Shown piece after piece: positions 17,801 to 25,252 of a DNA stretch of 64,000 nucleotides. Both the position numbers and the translations under genes were made by a program. Numbering within the stretch: the first letter of the stretch is position 1; every line of letters starts with the position of its first letter. The stretch lies in the IMG/VR virus record IMGVR_UViG_3300045988_072631; one strand, 5' to 3'. Origin of the DNA: a virus. The notes under the pieces were generated by a model. The model did no database searches. It saw only the letters and a list, made by a program, of their open reading frames with translations, and had not been told where the DNA came from.

Positions 17801-19816
17801 ACAGAGCGGTTAAGAGGAACTGCACAGGCAACTGTAGAAAGAATGCAAGCTTCAAAAGAATATGTGGACGAAGTAGGAACAGCAGAAGCTACAATGGCGC
17901 AGGATTTGGCTAATCAATATTTTGATCTGGCTGAAAAAGAGAATCTGACAAACGCAGAAAAGGAAAAAATGAAATCCTTGGCAAGCAGTTTGGTAGATAC
18001 TCTTCCGGGACTTAGCCAATACTATAACGAGGAGACTGGTCTTCTCAATACCACGAGAGAAAGCGTTGAGAACTTAATTCAGTCAAAACTTGAAGATATA
18101 AGATTATCGGCAATTCAGGACGAACTTAAAAGTGCATATTCCGAGCAGATCACTGCCTACAAGACGATGAAAGAGGCTTTGGATGATGCAAATGCCAGCA
18201 AGGAAAAAATGAATGAGTTGCAGGAAAATTTCAATTTAATTCTCGAAAAGCAAGACCTTGTAGCTCAATACGACCAGCTTTCACAAAAAATTCTTACTTC
18301 CACGGATGATACCACTGCCCTTGTTGATGAACAGCAAAGATTGTGGGATGAAATCACAAATAATGGAGAAGAGACTAACTGGCTAAATTACGATTATCTT
18401 TCACAGAAACTTGGTGAAGCGTCAGAAGATCTGAACGGCTTTAAAGGCAAATATGAAGAAACTATGCAAACTCTGGCAGATGCTAAAGGGGCATATGATA
18501 TGGTTGGAAATACCATTTCAGAGCTTACCAGCATGATGACGGATGGCATGGTTGAGGCTGCTGGTAATTCTATTTCAGGTTATTCTAATACGCTTTCAAC
18601 CAGCACAGAAGCACAGGAAGCGGCAAGCCAGATGGCGCAAAACGTGTTAGATTCATTCGCAGCGGCACAGGATAGCCACAGTCCTTCCAAAAAATTTGCA
18701 GCATTAGCAGGTGATTCTGTAGACGGATATGTTGTAGGAACGCAGGAAAATGCAAGCAAAATGGAAGATGCCGGGCGCTCTCTTGCTGAAAGTGCCATTC
18801 AAAGCTTTAATGATGGAATCCGGAATAATTCTCAAAGTACCATTGATGCAATGAATGAATGGATTTACGGCATCACATCCGCTCTTTCACCGGAAGTTTG
18901 GACACCGGCATTTACCGGAATGCTTACCGGATTTCAGACGAAATGGAGTGAACTTACTACATGGTGGTCTGGAACGGCAATGCCATCCTTCTTCTCTGCG
19001 AATGTGGCTCCGTGGTTCACGGATGCATTCTGGAATGCCAAAACGAACGGCATGAAGCTTGGCTTGCAGCAGAAGTGGAATGAATTTGTTACATGGTGGA
19101 AATCCAGCATTAACCTTTGGTTTACTGTAAATGTAATGCCATGGTTTACCGTTGCAAGGTGGACAGAACAGGGCGAGCATTTCAGAAAAGCTCTGAAAGA
19201 TAAGTGGGATGAATTTTCCGATCAGTGGCATAAAGACCTTAAAACGTGGTGGAACACAGATGTCACAGTTTGGTTTACCGTTGCTAAATGGAATGCATTC
19301 GGAACAAACATGAAAAATGGACTGTACGAAGGATTTAAGGGAATTGTTCAGATGGTAGGAAATGTAATGAACGGTATGATCGACGTATTCAATGCCGGTC
19401 TTTCCAAAATCCAAAAGTCCATGAACAGCCTGATAAGTGACTTCAACAAGAATGCCGCTGTGATGGGTGTCTCCTCACTTCACAAAGTACATTTTGATAG
19501 CATTTCTCATGTTACCATTCCAGCTTATGAAGTCGGAGGTTTCCCGGAAGACGGCTTGTTCTTTGCTAATCACAATGAAATGGTTGGTCAGTTCTCGAAT
19601 GGTAGAACAGCTGTGGCGAACAACGAACAGATTGTTGCCGGAATCCGTGAGGGCGTTAAGGCTGCGGTTACAGAAGCACTGGCTCCGTATCTGTCAGACA
19701 TTGCAGATACAAACCGGGAGATTGCAGAAAAGGATGCATCCATAAATGTAGACGGACGGGAACTGGTTAATGCGATCAATAATCGTATCAGCCGGAATGG
19801 TTTCAGTTTCACGTAA
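14855..19816 (+). CDS. tape measure protein
   Basis: 1653 aa, helical and Gly-rich segments, W-rich repeats near the C-terminus. Position after the chaperones. Confidence 0.9.
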   Translation: MAATTIDDLQIKIEADAKTASDKLDALAQSMVKLASSLSINVGKMSGVAIGLNSITKASQNLNSRNITTMSTALGKIAGVDSAQISRVAGSMTQLKNSVSGGFNTDMSGIVNVADSLSKLGGIKATQGAQNLVLIKDQLAQFVQGMNSVGTFTFDPTGLTNTIKAIAKLGGKTATQATANLPSISAQLQNFVRQMNQIGSMSFDNKNLTDLVTSIGRLGSVASGRAVNNIPLLANNLKYLFETLSKAPYISQNIIQMTTALANLARTGASSGTAARSLGTSLFSFSKSAGNARKSAFSLAGAIGKFYATYWMVIRGIGLFRDAIDISSDLTEVENVVRTTFGNMEYKVNDFVQNSIQQFGMSELSVKQYASTFQAMGTAMDVGGKQIENANRFLNGATDGYIGLSDSMSDVSLNLTKLTADMASFYDKDQADVAKDLQSVFTGMVVPLRKYGLDLTQATLKEWAMKNGMDADIKSMTQAEKAMLRYQYVLANTTAAQGDFARTADTWHNTVVRLKQSFQQLGGIIGGALINAFKPFLRTLNFVMQKVISFATTVTNALGAIFGWKFEVSGGGVADEWSDAASSADDLADSTGKAADNTKKMKTNLLAIDELNVLNPDDSDSGSGGSGSGAGGAGGGAGSGGLVKTDTIFKDFQSNIKDLYQLGRYISEELSRAMESIDWDSIYEKARNFGKDLADFLNGLINPRLFGNIGKTIAGALNTALEFLNSFGTEFDWTNFGESIAAGINKFLSNFNFKLLATTLNTWVKGFEKAFVAAIKKFKWSNLVNAFTDFFGNLRLDTALLLLIPASGKVTKAFKDLNNAVKLVSSGIGAFTGDADSISYLATKSSSLASAVNVAGDSFQRLMFGIHYGDWAGGLNSAITNIRDNLTGLQKGIIGVTSVVAEFALIRTAFYDLQSGSENLVSSISKIAVGAGAASAALYVAFGPAGLAVAAFTALAAAISGTSRAFSEQEDMTLYGEKLSDITERLRGTAQATVERMQASKEYVDEVGTAEATMAQDLANQYFDLAEKENLTNAEKEKMKSLASSLVDTLPGLSQYYNEETGLLNTTRESVENLIQSKLEDIRLSAIQDELKSAYSEQITAYKTMKEALDDANASKEKMNELQENFNLILEKQDLVAQYDQLSQKILTSTDDTTALVDEQQRLWDEITNNGEETNWLNYDYLSQKLGEASEDLNGFKGKYEETMQTLADAKGAYDMVGNTISELTSMMTDGMVEAAGNSISGYSNTLSTSTEAQEAASQMAQNVLDSFAAAQDSHSPSKKFAALAGDSVDGYVVGTQENASKMEDAGRSLAESAIQSFNDGIRNNSQSTIDAMNEWIYGITSALSPEVWTPAFTGMLTGFQTKWSELTTWWSGTAMPSFFSANVAPWFTDAFWNAKTNGMKLGLQQKWNEFVTWWKSSINLWFTVNVMPWFTVARWTEQGEHFRKALKDKWDEFSDQWHKDLKTWWNTDVTVWFTVAKWNAFGTNMKNGLYEGFKGIVQMVGNVMNGMIDVFNAGLSKIQKSMNSLISDFNKNAAVMGVSSLHKVHFDSISHVTIPAYEVGGFPEDGLFFANHNEMVGQFSNGRTAVANNEQIVAGIREGVKAAVTEALAPYLSDIADTNREIAEKDASINVDGRELVNAINNRISRNGFSFT

Positions 19817-19822
19817 AATTAA

Positions 19823-19857
19823 GGCGGTAGGGTAAAACCTGCCGCCTCTTTTCTTTT
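19823..19857 (+). terminator. intrinsic terminator after the tape measure gene
   Basis: 9-bp stem GGCGGTAGG/CCTGCCGCC followed by TCTTTTCTTTT. Confidence 0.7.
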
Positions 19858-19868
19858 GTCTTTTTCCG

Positions 19869-19877
19869 TGGTATAAT
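19869..19877 (+). promoter_or_regulatory. extended -10 promoter element (TGGTATAAT)
   Basis: TGnTATAAT lies 31 nt upstream of the lipoprotein start. Confidence 0.5.
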
Positions 19878-19907
19878 CTGGGTATATTTTCATGGGAGGA
19901 AAGTTAT

Positions 19908-20540
19908 ATGAAAAGGATAGTTTGCATTGCTTTAGCAGCGGTTATGCTTACCGGATGCGGAGGTCAGGAAATGAATTTAGAAAGCGCAAAAGCCGATCTT
20001 TCTAAGTTTGAACACCAAAAATCTGATGATAGCATGATTTTAAAAAGCTATGATGGTAAATCAAAGGTTTTGTATATTCAGCCAGAATATGAGGTGAATG
20101 AGAAAAATTACACCACTGATTTATCAGAATTTGTTCTTGATACAAATAAGGTAAAATTTTTGATATTGGGTGATGGGATTAAAACCATCAATAATGCTGT
20201 ATTTAATTTTTCCGATGTTGAAAGCGTATATTTTCCGGAATCAATGGAAGTAGTGTATGATGCAACACTTAATTATTTACACCCTGATGAAGATGAAAAA
20301 ATTCAAATATACTATGGTGGAACAGAAGAAGAATGGAATTCAATTTTTACAAAATATCAGCGTCAGACAGCAAAAGAAGCACTGGACTCTTCCGATGACC
20401 CATATGAACAGGGAGCAGCTCTAGGAGCGTCTATTGCTGATAAATTAAATTCTATGATGGGTTCATATAGTGCATCTGACTTTGAATATCACTATTCTGT
20501 ATCGGAAAGTGACCTAGAAGATATAATAAAAAATTATTAA
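19908..20540 (+). CDS. lipoprotein with LRR_5/BspA-like repeats
   Basis: Signal peptide with lipobox LTGCGG. INNAVFNFSDVESVYFPESMEVV-type repeats. Confidence 0.65.
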   Translation: MKRIVCIALAAVMLTGCGGQEMNLESAKADLSKFEHQKSDDSMILKSYDGKSKVLYIQPEYEVNEKNYTTDLSEFVLDTNKVKFLILGDGIKTINNAVFNFSDVESVYFPESMEVVYDATLNYLHPDEDEKIQIYYGGTEEEWNSIFTKYQRQTAKEALDSSDDPYEQGAALGASIADKLNSMMGSYSASDFEYHYSVSESDLEDIIKNY

Positions 20541-20554
20541 ACGGAGGAGAAAAG

Positions 20555-20785
20555 ATGGCAAAAACAATCAAATGTCCTAGCTGGGGATGTGATGGAATTG
20601 GAATCCCTGCGGACACAAAGAAAAAATTTTCGTTCGGTAAGGCAATTGTAGGAAACACAGTTGGATTTGCTTTGGGAGGCCCGGTTGGTGGAATCGTAGG
20701 AGCCGCAACAGGAATCGGTGGTAAACGCGGAAAGACCACGTTTGTGTGCTCAAAGTGCGGTAGAGTTTTTGAAGCAAAGCTGTAA
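20555..20785 (+). CDS. zinc-ribbon protein with a glycine-zipper segment
   Basis: CPSWGC...CSKCG flank GFALGGPVGGIVGAATGIGG. Confidence 0.5.
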   Translation: MAKTIKCPSWGCDGIGIPADTKKKFSFGKAIVGNTVGFALGGPVGGIVGAATGIGGKRGKTTFVCSKCGRVFEAKL

Positions 20786-20797
20786 GGATGGAATGAT

Positions 20798-21052
20798 ATG
20801 TACGACAAAGAAAAAGGAATTTATCCGTCTGGAAGCTATTTGGTAGGAAGAGATTTGCCTCTTGGTCGATATATTTTTAAAGCAAAGAAAGGCGAAACCG
20901 GTATGGTAAGTCTTTTTAAAGATTACGAAGATTTTAAAAATAAGAAAAATGCAATTGTAGACCAATGGTTTGAAGACGATATACATTTGTCATTGATGGA
21001 AGAGAACAACTATCTATTTGTGGAAGAAGCAACAATCAAAAGAAATGCCTAA
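20798..21052 (+). CDS. hypothetical protein (84 aa)
   Basis: ORF track; coupled to the previous gene. Confidence 0.45.
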   Translation: MYDKEKGIYPSGSYLVGRDLPLGRYIFKAKKGETGMVSLFKDYEDFKNKKNAIVDQWFEDDIHLSLMEENNYLFVEEATIKRNA

Positions 21053-21054
21053 AA

Positions 21055-21086
21055 GTGGTGCCCTGTTATGGGGCATCATTTTTTTT
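21055..21086 (+). terminator. intrinsic terminator
   Basis: Stem 21055-21063/21071-21079 followed by T8. Confidence 0.6.
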
Positions 21087-21097
21087 GCAAAAAGGTA

Positions 21098-21144
21098 TTG
21101 ACTTTTGCCGGACAAAATATATAATAGAATTATGCCAGACAAAA
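21098..21144 (+). promoter_or_regulatory. promoter (TTGACT-16-TATAAT) with direct TGCCrGACAAAA repeats
   Basis: -35 at 21098-21103, -10 at 21120-21125. Repeats at 21106-21117 and 21133-21144. Confidence 0.55.
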
Positions 21145-21157
21145 GTGAGGTGAGAAT

Positions 21158-21322
21158 ATGAGTCCAAGGACGGGCAGACCAACAGATAACCCAAGACCAA
21201 ATAAGATTAGTATCCGCATAAGTGATTCCGATAAGCGCATTTTGGAAAATTACTGTGAACGTGAAAACGTAAATAAGACAGAAGCAATTAGTCGCGGGAT
21301 AAAGAAGTTGGAAGAAAAATAA
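21158..21322 (+). CDS. ribbon-helix-helix (CopG-like) DNA-binding protein (54 aa)
   Basis: MSPRTGRPTDNPRPNKISIRISDSDKRILENYCERENVNKTEAISRGI. Below the ORF-track cutoff. GAGGTGAG RBS. Confidence 0.65.
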   Translation: MSPRTGRPTDNPRPNKISIRISDSDKRILENYCERENVNKTEAISRGIKKLEEK

Positions 21323-21441
21323 AACAGCCGTAGCACCGACCAAAGCGTAACGACTGTTTTCACCATTCCCGAAAGACTGGTAAATTTATTATATCAGTTC
21401 CTTTCGGGAAAATCAAATAATTTTGAAAGGAACGAAAAAAA

Positions 21442-21687
21442 ATGGACAAATTTTTAGAGGTAGTATATTCCAGTCAGATAGCAGAAAGCGCAGAAAAGGG
21501 CGATAAGTGTATAGAATTCTTTCAGCCGCTGATGGACGAGATCAAAGAAATCGTAAACGAAAAGGTTTATGAGAAGTTGAGCGAAATTTTCATGGCGTGT
21601 GCTTCCAAAAATGACAGCTATTACGCCGTGGAAGGAATGAAACTGGCAATCAGTATCATGGACGGAAGCTATATTCCGCAGGTGTAA
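21442..21687 (+). CDS. hypothetical protein (81 aa)
   Basis: ORF track. Confidence 0.45.
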   Translation: MDKFLEVVYSSQIAESAEKGDKCIEFFQPLMDEIKEIVNEKVYEKLSEIFMACASKNDSYYAVEGMKLAISIMDGSYIPQV

Positions 21688-21701
21688 GGGAGGAAAGGTT
21701 G

Positions 21702-21854
21702 ATGGAAGAGAACAGAAAGAAAATTCACGAGATGGTTGACTGCATGGACACTGACGGGATGTTAGCCTACTGGGAGACATTCATGAGACGCTGGTTAGAA
21801 TACTGGGGACATGGATGCTTGGACAATATGGGAAAGAAAGGCGGTGTGCAGTAA
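21702..21854 (+). CDS. hypothetical protein (50 aa)
   Basis: ATG after GGGAGGAAAGG. The stop overlaps the next ATG. Confidence 0.35.
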   Translation: MEENRKKIHEMVDCMDTDGMLAYWETFMRRWLEYWGHGCLDNMGKKGGVQ

Positions 21855-21970
21855 TGGACTATAAAAAAGCGTTGATTTCTATGATCGAGGAAATGGAGAA
21901 CTGTGATTTTTTGTTTAAGATTTACCATTATGCCATCGTAAAATATCGCAAGGAAAGAGGTGCCAGATAA
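21854..21970 (+). CDS. hypothetical protein (38 aa)
   Basis: taATG coupling at both ends. Confidence 0.3.
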   Translation: MDYKKALISMIEEMENCDFLFKIYHYAIVKYRKERGAR

Positions 21971-22695
21971 TGACTGATATTCAGATTTTCAATAACCCAG
22001 ATTTTGGGGACATTAGAACCGTTGAGATCGACGGAAATGTTTGGTTTGTAGGAATAGATATTGCTTCAGCTCTTGGGTATTCCAATGTCAAAAACGCTGT
22101 TCCTACGCATGTAGACGAAGATGATAAGCTGAGTACTCAAATCGAGTACGCAGGTCAGAAAAGAACAGTTACAGTTATCAATGAATCCGGTCTCTATGCG
22201 CTTGTTTTCGGCAGTAAACTTGACTCTGCAAAGAAGTTCAAGAAGTGGGTGACATCAGAAGTCCTCCCGGCAATTCGTAAGAATGGCTCTTACACCATGC
22301 CGATCAGCACCAACGACAAAATCATGATTCTGGCGCAGGGGCATATGGAGTTGCAACAGGAGGTTGACAGCATCAAGAAGGACATGGAAAGTCTGAAAAT
22401 GGATTTACCGATTCTCCCGGTAGAGGAAGACCGGATAACGTCTGCTGTGAAGCGCAAGGGACTGGCTGTAATGGGAGGTAAGACCTCTAATGTGTATCGG
22501 GATAAATCCATTCGCCGCAAGGTGTATCAGGGCATCTATGCGAATTTGAAGTACAACTTTCAGATCAAGACGTACCGGGCATTGAAACGGAGTCAGGTGG
22601 ACAAGGCTATTGATATCATCAATAACTATCAGCCGCCGTATGTTCTGGCAGAACAAATCGACTCTGCAAATGCACAGCAGACCTTGATATTCTAG
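21970..22695 (+). CDS. Bro-N domain antirepressor-like protein
   Basis: IQIFNNPDFGDIRTVEIDGNVWFVGIDIASALGY ... [17 protein letters not shown]. Confidence 0.75.
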   Translation: MTDIQIFNNPDFGDIRTVEIDGNVWFVGIDIASALGYSNVKNAVPTHVDEDDKLSTQIEYAGQKRTVTVINESGLYALVFGSKLDSAKKFKKWVTSEVLPAIRKNGSYTMPISTNDKIMILAQGHMELQQEVDSIKKDMESLKMDLPILPVEEDRITSAVKRKGLAVMGGKTSNVYRDKSIRRKVYQGIYANLKYNFQIKTYRALKRSQVDKAIDIINNYQPPYVLAEQIDSANAQQTLIF

Positions 22696-22718
22696 GGGAA
22701 AACTGCTATAATAAAATC

Positions 22719-22869
22719 AAATTCAGCCGAATCCATCAGCTCCGCCCGGCTTGTCGTTGAGGGGAGAACGGGGCGAAAAGGATAGGACGAACCGAGCAAG
22801 GACGGCAAACATTTTGAGAATCACGCTCACTGGACATGGTAGAGATACTGTGTCTGGTGGGCGTTTTTT
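22719..22869 (+). ncRNA. structured leader / short terminated RNA (copy A), upstream of rha
   Basis: Promoter TTGATA-17-TATAAT (22684-22712); about 150 nt GC-rich; terminator 22824-22869. Homologous to 62732-62886. Confidence 0.55.
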
Positions 22870-22911
22870 GTTTGTCTGAAACGAACAATAAATATCACAG
22901 GAGGATGGTAT

Positions 22912-23559
22912 ATGTTAGTTGAGATCACAAAAATCCAGAAAGAAGAAGTTGCGACCGTAACTAGCCTTGATGTAGCGGAAACGTTCGGAAAGGAACACCG
23001 TAGGGTTTTACAGGATATACGTGAGCTGAAATGCAGTGAAGATTTTCGATTGCACAATTTCGTGCAGTCGAAATATGTGAATGAACAGGGTCATAATCAA
23101 TCAATGTTTATTATGACCAGAGACGGCTTTACGTTATTGGCAATGGGGTATACCGGTGAAAAGGCTATGCAGTTCAAAGAAGCATATATTCGCCAGTTTA
23201 ACGCAATGGAAAAAGCTCTTATCGGAAAAATCAGAGAAAGAGAAAAAGGCATTGCAGTCCGGCAGGCTCTTACCAATACTTTGAAACAATCAGAAGAAAA
23301 TGATCGGATGCATGGTCATGCCTACTCCACATATACAAATGTAATTTACAAAGCTGTATTTGGTAAAAATGCAAAACAGCTCCGGGAAGAGTATGGAGTA
23401 GACGATAAAGCAAATTTGAGAGACTTTTTTAGCGAAGAGGATTTAAGAATAGTCCAGTCAAAAGAAATGCTTGTCAGCGGACTCATCGGGTGTGGTTGGG
23501 GATATGACCAAATTAAGAAATTCTTAAATGAAAACAATGCCTTGTTACAGGCCGTATAA
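22912..23559 (+). CDS. Rha-family phage regulatory protein
   Basis: VATVTSLDVAETFGKEHRRVLQDIREL N-terminus. Confidence 0.7.
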   Translation: MLVEITKIQKEEVATVTSLDVAETFGKEHRRVLQDIRELKCSEDFRLHNFVQSKYVNEQGHNQSMFIMTRDGFTLLAMGYTGEKAMQFKEAYIRQFNAMEKALIGKIREREKGIAVRQALTNTLKQSEENDRMHGHAYSTYTNVIYKAVFGKNAKQLREEYGVDDKANLRDFFSEEDLRIVQSKEMLVSGLIGCGWGYDQIKKFLNENNALLQAV

Positions 23560-23570
23560 AACACATGCAA

Positions 23571-23614
23571 GCAGTCAGTGGTTTATGGAGGTTCGATTCC
23601 TCCGGCTGCTTTTT
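23571..23614 (+). terminator. tRNA-like minihelix (acceptor stem + T-arm) acting as an intrinsic terminator
   Basis: GCAGTC...GGAGG-TTCGATT-CCTCC-GGCTGC followed by T5. No D or anticodon arms. Confidence 0.5.
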
Positions 23615-23666
23615 CAGTGGGATAGGGTAGCTACCGAAAGGCGAGACGACAGTCGCTTTCCCACTG
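23615..23666 (+). ncRNA. conserved three-way-junction RNA motif (copy X) in a 5' UTR
   Basis: P1 CAGTGGGA/TCCCACTG encloses TAGGGTAGCTACCGAAAG plus the hairpin GCGA..TCGC. Same architecture as 55917-55966 (-). Confidence 0.45.
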
Positions 23667-23729
23667 ATTCAACTATTATTGTCGCAAGTGCATGCAGGAG
23701 CACACATATCTGATGTCGGAGGTATAAGA

Positions 23730-24734
23730 ATGAATGAACAGCAGAAAAAATTAACTGAAGATGAAATAAATACACAGATTGAATTTTTGTCAAGCGCAAA
23801 GTGCAATCATACATATCACAAATACATTGATATTACAGGGGATTTGATAGAGGGAACACTTCTTTCCAGAATCCTTTACTGGTTCACACCAGACAAAAAG
23901 AATAATACAAAAGTTCGCATATTTAAAGATGGGGAATATTGGATTGCAAAGCAGAGAAAAGACTGGTGGGAAGAAATCAGAATCAGTGAGAGACAGTATG
24001 ATAAAGCAATTAAAAGACTCGCTGAAAAAGGATTTATTACTTTGGCGAAGTATAAATTTAATTCTATGCCTACTGTCCATATTAGACCTGAATGGAAAAA
24101 AATCAATGAAGCAGTTGCGATCTGGAAAGAGAATTTAAGAAAAGAAATTACCGGAGAAAACAATCAGGAATTGCCAAAACAGGAAAACGGGAATGACACA
24201 AAATGTAATTCCCAAGGGAATAACACAAAGTGTAATTCGGGAGTTGCACAAACAGGCATTCCTATAACATGTATTACTAACAATGATTACAATAACAATG
24301 ATTACGATAGTATGAGAGTATGCTCTTTTTCTGCGGAAAAAGAGGTCTCTCCCACATCTGAAGGTGGTACGTTATCTCCTACGGTCACAAAGGCCATTGA
24401 CGAGGCAATGACGGAAGAAGGAGAATCACCTGCTAGCGGCTATAGAGCCGAGTTGAAGGACATAGCTGAATACTTTGTAAGCGAATATGCCAGAACGCAA
24501 GGAAAGCCGCATAAGCCACTCACAAGACCGGCTATTAGCAATATCGTATACAATTACTTGCATCAAGACGAGGACGAATACGGAATCATGGATGATGTGT
24601 GGACGCTAGACCAGTATATTCCGTTAATTGATATGTATATGCAGACGAACTACCGGGAGGGCATAGAAAAGAGCCTGTCCCACTTTATGTCCGGTTCTAT
24701 CCGCCGGAATTTAAAAGCAAAATTGATAGAGTAA
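23730..24734 (+). CDS. winged-helix DNA-binding protein, possible replication initiator-like
   Basis: ATG after GGAGG. TLLSRILYWF...RISERQYDKAIKRLAEKGFI pattern. The function is a guess. Confidence 0.4.
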   Translation: MNEQQKKLTEDEINTQIEFLSSAKCNHTYHKYIDITGDLIEGTLLSRILYWFTPDKKNNTKVRIFKDGEYWIAKQRKDWWEEIRISERQYDKAIKRLAEKGFITLAKYKFNSMPTVHIRPEWKKINEAVAIWKENLRKEITGENNQELPKQENGNDTKCNSQGNNTKCNSGVAQTGIPITCITNNDYNNNDYDSMRVCSFSAEKEVSPTSEGGTLSPTVTKAIDEAMTEEGESPASGYRAELKDIAEYFVSEYARTQGKPHKPLTRPAISNIVYNYLHQDEDEYGIMDDVWTLDQYIPLIDMYMQTNYREGIEKSLSHFMSGSIRRNLKAKLIE

Positions 24735-24832
24735 GAATCATACCGGGTGCCGACGACGTAGGCATCCGCTAACCAGAAAAAGATACTGGCAGACTGCCGG
24801 AGGGTACTTCTGCCGAGAACGGAGGTGCCTGA

Positions 24833-25246
24833 ATGGCAGAAAAAAAAATAAAAATTGGTTCTGGCATGTCCTCTTTCCTAAACGTGAACGGGGTAGACTT
24901 CCCGTGCCCTAGGGTGGGATTTTCGTATATTATCAGCACAACGGTAAATGCCGGGCGAAATGCGAACAATGCAGTCATTGGCCAGAGAGTAGGAAGAGAC
25001 ATTTTTAAGCTGAACAATATGGAATGGGCAATGCTGGATGCAGCTAAGTGGCAGAGCATGTTGGATGCAATTAAACCATATTTTGTACCTGTAACATTTG
25101 AGGACTACAGAACAGGGAGACCAATCACCATTACAATGTACCCGGGGGACAGAACGGGGGTTCCACTCTATTCAGACCCGGATTCTCATATTGTTACAAA
25201 GTATGAAAACTGCAAATTCAATCTGATTGATGCCGGTTGGGAGTGA
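24833..25246 (+). CDS. distal tail protein (Dit)-like
   Basis: 137 aa, directly upstream of the large tail tip protein. Confidence 0.5.
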   Translation: MAEKKIKIGSGMSSFLNVNGVDFPCPRVGFSYIISTTVNAGRNANNAVIGQRVGRDIFKLNNMEWAMLDAAKWQSMLDAIKPYFVPVTFEDYRTGRPITITMYPGDRTGVPLYSDPDSHIVTKYENCKFNLIDAGWE

Positions 25247-25252
25247 TAGATC

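Noticed and set aside
23571-23609. A complete tRNA gene
   Set aside because: Only an acceptor-like stem and the T-arm are present. Just 10 nt lie where the D arm, anticodon arm and variable region should be.
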